A stretch of DNA of 64,000 nucleotides, taken from IMG/VR virus record IMGVR_UViG_3300047499_000113, positions 62,001-126,000 of that record; one strand, given 5' to 3'. Positions 18,837 through 27,800 of this stretch are shown here, in pieces. The stretch's first letter is position 1. Every line of letters begins with the position of its first letter. Below the pieces are notes generated by a model. It made no database searches. It was not told the DNA's origin and worked only from the letters and a program-made list of their open reading frames with translations. The position numbers and the translations under genes are program-made.

Positions 18837-19726
18837 TGACACTCCGGGCTTTGCTCCGAGAGGTGGTGAGGGTCGAAATCCGGAACATCGCGCGCGATAC
18901 AGTTCGCGAGATGAAGCCAGTGGCGAGGCCCTCAGTCGAGACGCGCGACAGGACGCCGGCCTACAAGGGAGACTCTCACGCCAAGAAGTCCGCCCGACTC
19001 CGCGTGTGGGAGCTGGTCCTCAAGACCATCGGCACCAAGGCGTTTCGCAAGGGCCTGCACTTGTTCCTTGCCTCCCGCGAGGGCGGGGATGCGTCTACCC
19101 TCCGAGGACTTGGCGTGCCGGACCAAGCCATGCTGGCTGTGGACCTCGACGCCAAGGCGCTTTCGGAGTTCCGCCGGCATTATCCTGACGTGCCATGCCG
19201 CCATCAGGACGTGGGGGACGTCCTGGACGAGTATCACCGCAAGCTCGAGTCCGTGTGGCTCGACTTCTCGTCACAGGTGACCGAGAACACCCTCAAAAGG
19301 GTCGGGCGTGCTGTGCAGGCTATTCGCCCAGGAGGCGTGCTCGCCTGCACGTTCGCCATCGGTCGCGAGAAGTGGTGGTACGGCGCCAGGGAAGACGACA
19401 CGCCGGGCACCAGCGAAGACAGACTCAATGTGCTGCAGGGGTTCCTGGCCGACCAGCTGCCGTACAGCCCGCGAGTGCTCGCCAGATTCGAGTACCAGAG
19501 CGAATCGATACGCGGACCGGGCGCCCTCATGGCTGTCATGGTCGTGCAGATGCAGGCCGGCAGGGACGCCAAGAACTCCCGGCTACAGGCGCTCGACTAC
19601 CATGACTTGCAAAGGGACGCTTTGCGCTACGTCGGCGATCCGAATCTGTGCTGGCTGCTCAACCTCACCGAGGACAAGGCAGAGAAGCTCCGCGCTCGCG
19701 TTCGCGAATATCCGCCACCTCCGTAA
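18836..19726 (+). CDS. Class I SAM-dependent methyltransferase-like protein
   Basis: TAATG-coupled ATG at 18836; LAVDLD (acidic end of beta2), QDVGDVL, SVWLDF, IRPGGVL. Confidence 0.62.
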   Translation: MTLRALLREVVRVEIRNIARDTVREMKPVARPSVETRDRTPAYKGDSHAKKSARLRVWELVLKTIGTKAFRKGLHLFLASREGGDASTLRGLGVPDQAMLAVDLDAKALSEFRRHYPDVPCRHQDVGDVLDEYHRKLESVWLDFSSQVTENTLKRVGRAVQAIRPGGVLACTFAIGREKWWYGAREDDTPGTSEDRLNVLQGFLADQLPYSPRVLARFEYQSESIRGPGALMAVMVVQMQAGRDAKNSRLQALDYHDLQRDALRYVGDPNLCWLLNLTEDKAEKLRARVREYPPPP

Positions 19727-19759
19727 CTGGACGCGGCTCAGGTGTAAACGGGATAGCTC

Positions 19760-20749
19760 ATGGCGACACTAATCGACCGGCCGACCTTCGATGCTCGCAT
19801 TTGGCTGGTAGCCCGCGCGGTGCAAGCCGCTCTGCGAACGTCGAACGTCCCACAGAGGCTGGATTACTTCTTCCCCGTTCCTGGTGAGATGGGCTCGCTC
19901 TTCGACAAGGGCGCTCCGCAGCATATCATTCGGGAACTGAAGGACAAGAAGTGGCAGGGCAACTTCTTGCTGCTACTCTCCACTAGGGGAGCCGTGACAG
20001 TCAGCGGCAATTTCACCTCGGTCAAGAATAGGTATTTCTTCGAAAACCTCATCGAGGGCGTCAAAAAGCGTGGACCCGAGTACAACACTCTGTTGGACCT
20101 GGTCTGGCAAGCAAGCGGCGGCGAGGCTGGAGGGTGGAGAGCCTTGGTTGCAGAGAAGAACGAGACGACACCGAGTCCGCCGCCAGAGCCCGAGCCGGAA
20201 GTCGACACGGACAGGCCCGCCGAGATCGTCGTGGACGCACCTGCCACCATGGCAGAAGAGATCCCGACCAAAGCCCCGCGCACTACGGACCCGATGGAGG
20301 TCCTGCGTCACATCGAAGCGGTCGTCATGACCCTCCTCAACTACGAGGAGAAGATCGCCGACAACATCGTCTACGTGCGCGACGACGTCATCAAGCTGCA
20401 CTCGCGCAACGACAAGCTCAACGAGAAGATGCGCGCGCTCCACGAGCGTATCGCAGCGCTCGAGGAGAAACTGCAACTCCCCACGCCTCCCATGCCGCAG
20501 GAGGCCGCAGAGCCCGTGGTCGACCAGGAGCTGCGCGACCAGGTACAATCCGTAATTGTATCTGTAAATTCCATGAGCAGCGCGGTAAACACCATGAAGC
20601 AGGAAGTGCAGCAAGTGGTCGAATCCTCTCTCCACCAGTCGGCTTCGGACCGGGTCCAGCAGATCCAGTCGTCGCTGGCCCGCATTTCCAGCGAGTTCGG
20701 GGCACTGCGTGAGCTGGCGCTCGAGACCTTCTCGGAGGTCGGCCGATGA
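19760..20749 (+). CDS. Winged-helix-like + coiled-coil protein, paralogue of 16814..18385
   Basis: KWQGNFLLLLSTRGAV matches the WQxxFL/IL...G(V/H) repeat; coiled coil KLHSRNDKL versus HLHSKLDKI. Confidence 0.72.
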   Translation: MATLIDRPTFDARIWLVARAVQAALRTSNVPQRLDYFFPVPGEMGSLFDKGAPQHIIRELKDKKWQGNFLLLLSTRGAVTVSGNFTSVKNRYFFENLIEGVKKRGPEYNTLLDLVWQASGGEAGGWRALVAEKNETTPSPPPEPEPEVDTDRPAEIVVDAPATMAEEIPTKAPRTTDPMEVLRHIEAVVMTLLNYEEKIADNIVYVRDDVIKLHSRNDKLNEKMRALHERIAALEEKLQLPTPPMPQEAAEPVVDQELRDQVQSVIVSVNSMSSAVNTMKQEVQQVVESSLHQSASDRVQQIQSSLARISSEFGALRELALETFSEVGR

Positions 20750-21714
20750 GTGATGTGGAACTCAAAGAGCTTCTCGCGCAGTACAAGGGCAGCTCTGCTC
20801 AGATGAGCGAGAAGGCCAAGGCCATCGCCGAGAACAACATCTGGAACGTGTGGCAGAACACCGCCGGGATGCCCAAGTACAAGGACCGTCGCCATTGGGC
20901 GGCGGCCACCTTCGGGGGCGCACCCGCCGAGTACGAGATCCGGTCGCAGCTCTTGCAGGCAGGACCGTGGGTCGAGCCCCTGTGGGCGATGATCGACGAT
21001 GGGATCTCCCGCAGCTCGGTGCGCAACCTCTTCCGGCAGGCCCGTACGTCGGCTATCAAGAAGAAGCTGCCTCCTGCCGAGGCTCTGAGCCTGGCCATCG
21101 ACGAGTACAACAAGACTGGCCATCAGGCGCACACGCCCGATGGCAGAGTCTACCGGCGCATGAGCCCGCTCGAGAAGCAGCGCTCGCAACCTCCGCCCTC
21201 CATGTCGGACGTCCCTACCGAGATGGATATGGACAGCTCGCAGAATCGGCGGTCCAAGCAGTTCCTGTCGCGCCTGACTGCGCTGGCCGACGAGTTCCTG
21301 CGAACTAGTGTCCCCGGTCTTTCAGGCATCGACGAGATGGGTGCCAAGATCGCGAAGGAAGAATTCGTGTCCTTCGTCCGGGAGGCGGCCGAAGACCTGC
21401 GCCGGCGCGTGTACGTTCTGCGTTCACAGATGAAGCGTGATCGCACCGCGGCATCGCGCGTGTCCCGAGAGGAGCTGCGGTATGCCTCGGAAATCCTGGG
21501 GATACCCATCGTATGGGGTCGTGACCTCGACCTGCGTAAGGCCAAGAAGATCATGCTCCAACGCTGCGCTCAGCTCCATCCCGACAAGGGAGCCACTACC
21601 GAGCAGCAGAAAGCCGAGTACAGCGCAGTCGTGGAGGCGTACAAGACCTGCGAACGCTACATGGAAGGACGCAAATCCCATGAGGATGGAGACCGAAGTC
21701 ATGAAGGCCAGTAG
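20746..21714 (+). CDS. Protein with C-terminal J-domain (HPD) and possible ParB-type HTH region
   Basis: YASEILGI...KAKKIMLQRCAQLHPDKG...EYSAVVEAYKTC is a DnaJ-domain pattern. N-terminal AATFGG...LWAMIDDGISRSSVRNL loosely resembles the ParB HTH region. Confidence 0.75.
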   Translation: MSDVELKELLAQYKGSSAQMSEKAKAIAENNIWNVWQNTAGMPKYKDRRHWAAATFGGAPAEYEIRSQLLQAGPWVEPLWAMIDDGISRSSVRNLFRQARTSAIKKKLPPAEALSLAIDEYNKTGHQAHTPDGRVYRRMSPLEKQRSQPPPSMSDVPTEMDMDSSQNRRSKQFLSRLTALADEFLRTSVPGLSGIDEMGAKIAKEEFVSFVREAAEDLRRRVYVLRSQMKRDRTAASRVSREELRYASEILGIPIVWGRDLDLRKAKKIMLQRCAQLHPDKGATTEQQKAEYSAVVEAYKTCERYMEGRKSHEDGDRSHEGQ

Positions 21715-22279
21715 TCCGAAACTTCCCGCCGCCGGAGGGCCCCGTTCTTCCAGGACGAAGCCTCTCAGCTTCGACGACTTCACTCCCGACACGGAGATGA
21801 GCGAGAACCAACGAGCCGCCCAATTTCTCGACTGGTGCGCCCGCAATTTGCCGGGTCGGTACGTGCCGTACGTGTGGATCACCAAACACGCGTACGTCAA
21901 GTCGAAGGTTCCTCGGCTCGACAACATCGACGTGGAAGCTTTGCGCCGCAAGCGCATGGACTCCATCAAGAAGATCCTCTGGAGCGAGTATCACCGCCGC
22001 ACGGTGTCCGCTCCGCGTGATCAGGAGCCGGGCGTGCGGGCCACGACCGATTCGGATGACCTCGCCGGCACCGACTATTTGCGCCGCACGCGCCGCATCG
22101 CCAACGGCGTGAAGGCCGCGCAGGAGACGCGCGAGAAGATCGACGTCACCGAGATGCGCAACAAGGACCTGAAGGCGATGGTCGAGCGCACGGACCCGAT
22201 CATGAAGCAGCTCGGCAAGGCCGACTTGCTGAAGCGCCTGGAGCTGCCGCCCCGCCGGCCGGACGACGACGAGGACTGA
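21701..22279 (+). CDS. Hypothetical basic protein
   Basis: ATG 21701 after GGAG; strong GC3 codon bias; no motif recognised. Confidence 0.7.
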   Translation: MKASSPKLPAAGGPRSSRTKPLSFDDFTPDTEMSENQRAAQFLDWCARNLPGRYVPYVWITKHAYVKSKVPRLDNIDVEALRRKRMDSIKKILWSEYHRRTVSAPRDQEPGVRATTDSDDLAGTDYLRRTRRIANGVKAAQETREKIDVTEMRNKDLKAMVERTDPIMKQLGKADLLKRLELPPRRPDDDED

Positions 22280-22282
22280 TCC

Positions 22283-22654
22283 GTGCCGTCTGACAGGGTG
22301 ATCCGCTGGAAGCGGAAAGGGCGCCGGCCCTCCAAGACTGACGTCCACACCATCCTGCTCGACTTTCTCGGTGGAGCGGGGACTGTGGAGGTAGGCAAGG
22401 ACAGGTTCTACGTGCGACTCGAGGGTTCATGGTCGCACCCTCTGAGGCGGTTCCCGGAGTTCCTAACAAAGGCCATGCACGCGGTGGCTTCCAAGCCCGA
22501 CCCGCGCTTTCTCGAGCGCATCATTGAAGTGTGGAAGGACCGTAGTAGCCTGTACGTGATGACCCGCCAGCAAGACGATTTCACGAACGGGGTCGCCGAG
22601 CGCATCGTAGATGTCTTCGCCCGCGCGTACGAAGCCGAGAGGGAACCTCTCTGA
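22283..22654 (+). CDS. Hypothetical protein
   Basis: 123 aa, GAGGA RBS, TGATG-coupled to the next ORF. Confidence 0.65.
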   Translation: MPSDRVIRWKRKGRRPSKTDVHTILLDFLGGAGTVEVGKDRFYVRLEGSWSHPLRRFPEFLTKAMHAVASKPDPRFLERIIEVWKDRSSLYVMTRQQDDFTNGVAERIVDVFARAYEAEREPL

Positions 22655-22902
22655 TGAACACCATCCAGCTTCTGCAGATGTTCGCGCGGACAATGAAGGG
22701 GCGCGTTATCGCAAGCGGCAACAACTCCGTGGGATTCTCCATGGAGGGCGTTCTCTACAAGCTCACAGTAGATGGCGACAAGGTCATCCTGCACCAGCTC
22801 TCGGGCAAGGAGCGCGGCAAGCAGGCCGAAGTCTCTACGCTCAGCGAACTCGCTTCCAGTCAGTCCAACCTCGAGGAGAACTCCCATGCCCACATGTTCT
22901 GA
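22654..22902 (+). CDS. Hypothetical protein
   Basis: 82 aa, last gene of the plus-strand cassette. Confidence 0.6.
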   Translation: MNTIQLLQMFARTMKGRVIASGNNSVGFSMEGVLYKLTVDGDKVILHQLSGKERGKQAEVSTLSELASSQSNLEENSHAHMF

Positions 22903-23105
22903 TCCCGGATGCAGCTGCAACCGTCGTGACCGCTCCCGTCGCACCAACAGGAAGACCGACGCCTTCTTGTGAGGTCAGGCCGACACCCTTCGCCGGCTCG
23001 CTAAGATCCCTGATCTTTCCGTTACTTTCGAAGATGGGTTTCATTGGTTCGAGATTGGTGGCTACAAGGCGCCCGGAGTCGTACTGCATGGTTGCGTGAG
23101 TATTC

Positions 23106-23145
23106 GCACCAGAGTTCAGAAGTGGAAACACCCGAACTCTGGTGC
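23106..23145. repeat. Perfect 12-bp inverted repeat with GAAA-capped inner hairpin
   Basis: GCACCAGAGTTC-AGAA-GTG-GAAA-CAC-CC-GAACTCTGGTGC in an intergenic region. Confidence 0.7.
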
Positions 23146-23209
23146 CAATTCACAAGCGTCGTCCTGAGTAGTCGAAGAGCCCGAGTTCTATACGTTCCGC
23201 GAGGGACGC

Positions 23210-23416
23210 ATGTGGATCTGCGCCTGGCGTCGGTTTGATGTGGTGTCGCAAGGTCGCACCGAAAAGATCGCGTGCGAGCGAATGCTTCGAACCGTGGCAG
23301 CCTACACCATCGATTGCGCGAAGGATGGAACGCTCAAGCTCGGCACTGTCAAGAAACCCACCAAGGCACTTCTAGAGCGCCGGCGCCGCGCCCACCTGGC
23401 GACACACGGAAACTAA
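23210..23416 (+). CDS. Small hypothetical protein
   Basis: 68 aa, GAGGGA RBS before ATG. Confidence 0.45.
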   Translation: MWICAWRRFDVVSQGRTEKIACERMLRTVAAYTIDCAKDGTLKLGTVKKPTKALLERRRRAHLATHGN

Positions 23417-23436
23417 AGTGTGACGAAGACCTAGGG

Positions 23437-24135
23437 CTAGGCCAGATTAGCTACGGCGCCGCCCTTGAACAAAACCCATTCACCCTTTTCGTCCAAGACA
23501 TGGAGCCGTCCGTCGTTGAACGGTGGTTCGCCTTTGTAGTAGAACTGGATTCGGAACCCTCGGAGAGTGTCATAACCTTCTGGATGACCGGCTTTCTTTG
23601 AGTGGAACTTGCGAATGGCAATCGCACGCTTCAGCACAGGCCAACGGTTTGGAGCTGAAGAGCGCCAATTACCAACGAACAAGTCTTGGGCTCGGATGAG
23701 CAACACATTGCCAGGCTCATTGTTGCAGCATTTGGGGTCTTTGCAAGTACCCCAATTCGATCCGTCTTGGCGTTCGAGACGGATTTCAATGGATCGATCT
23801 AAATCGGGCTCGCCATTCTTGAGTGCGGACTGGATGACCGTACGCAGTTTGGCGATGATCGGGTCTCCTGGCACATAGCAAATCTCACTCGCTTGGATCC
23901 ATGAGTCATCCAAGTCTTCGGGCTGCACCGCGAAGCTGATGTTCATGAGAATCCATTGGTCAGGCTGGAACTCGGCCGTGTAACCTTCTGGCGCTAGGAT
24001 CGAATTGATCTTGCGCGATTCTGAAAACGTAACGATGTTATCCCAGTTATCCGCAACCGGCGCGGCTTTCGCCTTGCGGCTGAAGAGCACGAGAGGGAGA
24101 GCCAGGAGAGACCGAAGGAGACTGCGCCTGCGCAT
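23437..24135 (-). CDS. Hypothetical protein with twin-arginine (Tat)-like signal peptide
   Basis: MRRRSLLRSLLALPLVLFSRKAKA-AP: RR motif, hydrophobic stretch, basic residues before an AxA site. Confidence 0.62.
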   Translation of the reverse strand: MRRRSLLRSLLALPLVLFSRKAKAAPVADNWDNIVTFSESRKINSILAPEGYTAEFQPDQWILMNISFAVQPEDLDDSWIQASEICYVPGDPIIAKLRTVIQSALKNGEPDLDRSIEIRLERQDGSNWGTCKDPKCCNNEPGNVLLIRAQDLFVGNWRSSAPNRWPVLKRAIAIRKFHSKKAGHPEGYDTLRGFRIQFYYKGEPPFNDGRLHVLDEKGEWVLFKGGAVANLA

Positions 24136-24267
24136 ACAGATACGTTACGCATTCATTAGATATTTGGAGTACAAAAAACCACCTTCGTGAGGATACTCAC
24201 AGCCAAGCGGATAGTAGTATCATCAAACTCCAGCATTTGGATATACCAGCCAAATGTACTCTTGCAT

Positions 24268-24825
24268 ATGGAAACTCGAGTCTGTCGTCTGTGTGGTGGT
24301 GATCCGAAGCCTCTTACAGAATTCTACGAGAACCGCGTAACTCGTGGTGACAAAGTCTATGTCACACATAGAACCGAATGCAGAGGGTGCACAGATGAGC
24401 GCACTCGCGAATACCACCAGAAGAATCGCGACCGCGTGATCCTGAACAACTGCCGTAAGGCAGACAAACTTCTCGGACTGAAAACCACAATCACACGTGA
24501 AGAAATCAGAGAGCTTATCTCTAAGCCATGTGAATACTGCGAGACTCCGGAAGAAAAGATGGGCGTTGATCGTAAGGATAACTCACGAGGTCATATGCCG
24601 GACAACACAGTTCCATGTTGCTTGAGATGCAACGCACTCAAGCGAGACATGCCGTGGGAAGCATGGATATTCCTCGTTCCAAAGATCCGAGAAGCCATGC
24701 AGTTAGGATTGTTCGGTGACTGGATCGGTCACAATCGCGGAAGTAACGAGATCGGCAAGCGCAAAGCCGCCAGTCCGGCATTCCGTGATATGCGGCTCCG
24801 GGAAAATCGCGATGGACGGTCCTAA
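24268..24825 (+). CDS. HNH-family (beta-beta-alpha-Me) endonuclease with N-terminal Zn-finger
   Basis: CRLC...CRGC; CEYC...GVDRKDNSRGHMPDNTVPCCLRCNALK; low GC; convergent with the sheath gene. Confidence 0.82.
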   Translation: METRVCRLCGGDPKPLTEFYENRVTRGDKVYVTHRTECRGCTDERTREYHQKNRDRVILNNCRKADKLLGLKTTITREEIRELISKPCEYCETPEEKMGVDRKDNSRGHMPDNTVPCCLRCNALKRDMPWEAWIFLVPKIREAMQLGLFGDWIGHNRGSNEIGKRKAASPAFRDMRLRENRDGRS

Positions 24826-24829
24826 ATCA

Positions 24830-27800
24830 CTATTGGCTAACGCGGATCTGCAAGGTTGCCACTATATACTCTAGTGGGAACACCGGCACGTAGATCGCGT
24901 CGACCAGAACGATCGTCGGATCGTTCGGCGAGGTGGCCACCGAGATTCCGGAGACCGACTGCACGATCTGCTTGTCGATGAGCTGCCCGAACATACCAAC
25001 CACCTGGTTGTTGATGTTCGTCAGCGTCGCGTTGGTCAGCTTGTTCCCGATGAAGGGATCAAGCGTGTTGCGCATCGTCTGCTGCACGTACTGGATGGTC
25101 AGCGTGACAGACGGGGTCCGCGTGATGACCGTATCCAGGCGCGTGGTCAGACCTTGGCGGATTCGCAGGCCGGACAGCACCTGCTCGATGATGGTGACGC
25201 CTGCGACGGCGACTTGGTTGGCAACCGTGGGGTCGAGCACCGTGCCGAGCGACGTGAAGCCCTGGATCTGGCGCCGCGTGAGCGGAGTCGCCACGTCGAT
25301 CGCCGGGTTGCACGTGGAGCCCGAGACGGCCGCTGCCATGAACGAACCGTCGATGAGCTGCTCGAGCGAGTTGCCGTTCGTGTCGGTCACCGTCACGACG
25401 AACGAGTCGGGGTAGACCACGATCATCAGCTCCGAGGAGAGCCCCTGAGCGATGGCCTGGACACCGAGCGCCGTCGTGCCGACTGCGACACCCACCACGC
25501 CCATGCGCTCGCCCTCTTGACGGGGGCTGCTCATGAAGACGCAGTGCTGGTTGAGGTACGTCATCACCGAGGGATCGGTCGTCAGCGGCGTGATGACGTC
25601 CGCCTTGACCTGACCCGAGATGGGCTTGCGCAGAGTGTCGATTGCCGCCGTGTAGGTGGCATCCGAAGCCTGCGACTGGCCCGGTGCACGCAGCACCTGC
25701 TCGAGTCCGACGATGACCGCGCCGTTGAGCAGCGCGAGCGAAGCCGCCAGCGACAGCGGGTTGTCCGGCGTCGGCGTTCCGAAGTTCATCTGAATCGTCT
25801 TCAGGTCTCGGAACAGTGCCGGCGCCAGATCCGTCTTGCCGTACTGATACGAGATGTAGTAGACGTCTCCGATGGACGGCTGGAAACCCTTGTGCGGGTA
25901 CGTCGACACGATGCCGGTGGTGCCCGGCGCCATGTTGATCGTGTTGTACACGAAGAGTTCGACGCCGGGGATTGCCTTGGTCGAGATGGCAGCGTCGCAC
26001 GTGAAGATGGAGTTAACCACCAGCGTGAAGCTGCCGCCGTTGTCGTAGTCGCCAGCGGAGGCCGGCAGCACCGTGAAGCGCAGACCGGTCGTCGCGTCCG
26101 TGTACGTCTGGCCGGGGAAGCCGTAGCCGTGAGAGCCGCTGCTTCCGGCCGAGGACGAGACCTGGAAGCCCGCCATCGAGTTCTCGCCGATGCCGCCGCT
26201 CATGCCCGGGACGATGCCGAGGCCAGCATCCGGGACGAATGCCGAGTTGGCGATGTTCGTGAAGGCGATGGTCGAGGCCGAGCCCACAGATCGGGAATCG
26301 ATCTCGAGGTAGTTGCCGAGACCCTGGACATTCAGGAAGTAGGCAACTGCCAGAGCACCGAATCCGGTGTTGTTGTTGAGCGCCGTGGAGATGAGGGCTG
26401 CCGTGGGCTGCGTACGGGCTGCCGAGACACCCGACGTGAAGCCGAGCGGCATGTTGCCCGTGCTCGCCTGCAGAACCGCAAGCTGCGACTGAACCGTGTT
26501 GATCCTCGAGGTGAGGACCAGCTCTCCCACGTACTGACCCACGCCCGCCGACGCCACGAGATTCGCCAGGACCGTGTTGGACGAGTCGACACCGTCATTG
26601 GTGCCGTGGACGCTGTAGAGGCCCGCCGTCTGGTTGCGGTGCAGGTTGAATGCACCGGAAGTGGTCGAGTACGCGATGGCGCTGACCAGCGGAGCGAGGG
26701 TCCCGAAGGCCGCCGTCGCATTGGCTTGCGTGATCGTGTTGACCGTGTCGTTGACGACGTGGACACCGGACGCGATGAAGTGCGCGTTGAGCGTCGTCTT
26801 CAGGGCGTTGGCGAGGTTTGCACCGGTCGTGTACGGACCGCCGACAGGATCCGAATCCACAGGCACTGCGTTGAGTGCCGTGTAGTTCGTGATGTCGTTG
26901 ATCTCGTGGTGGACCGCGACACCGCCGTTGTTGTAGTGGGCCAGAACCTCGGTGCGGATCTGGTTGAGCAGCGTCGAAACCGTCGTGTCGTCCACCACCG
27001 ATCCGCCGCCGGCGTAGGGGCCACCAGCCGCAGAGGCGTAGTTGACGGTGAAGGTTCCGGACCCGCCAGTCGTGATGAGCCACGCCTGGTTGTTGATGGC
27101 CGGGTATGTCGAGCCAGTGATGTAGACGTACGAGCCCGTTGCGAAGGCGTAGGCCGACGTCGTGGTCACGGTGAAGGAGACGCCCGCCACCACCGTGATG
27201 CCGGTGATCGGACCACCCGCCTCGTTGGCGTCGGTCACGACGTTCACGTAGTCGGGGTAGCCGTGCACTCCCTGCTGCGAGAGGTGGCGGTTGTACGCCT
27301 CCTGGAGAGCGTGAGCCAGCGTGATTGCCGTCTGCAGATTGGTCGCAGTCGGCGTGGTCACGACGTTCGTCGCATCCGACAGCTGGTGGGTCTGCACCGA
27401 GATGGCGCCGCCGCTCACGTAGCCAGTCTGGTAGGCCGAGAACTGGAGCGTGAAGTGCGTGCCGTCGACGACAGTGACGAGCCAGATGTCGTTGAGCGCC
27501 TGAACTCCCACCGCGCCCGTGATCTTGATCAGAGCGTTGGTCGTCAGGCCGTGCGCCGTGTTGGTCTGGATTTCGAAGAGACCGCCACTGTTCGTGACGG
27601 CCGCGATGCCGCCGCCGACTGGGTTGTTCTCTCCGAGGTGGACGTTGTAATGGGTCGCCAGGTCGTTGACCAGGGCGATGGCGGTCGGAAGATCGACTGC
27701 CGCAGCCAGGGGCTCGTAAGCCGCCGTGACATCACCACCGCTCGTGTACGCGCCGGTGAACACCGACCCGTTGAGCGTGAAGTGGGTCGCGTCGAGCATC

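Noticed and set aside
22841-23131. Minus-strand 82-96 aa ORF
   Set aside because: No motif, overlaps a plus-strand gene end and the hairpin; insufficient support to list as a CDS.
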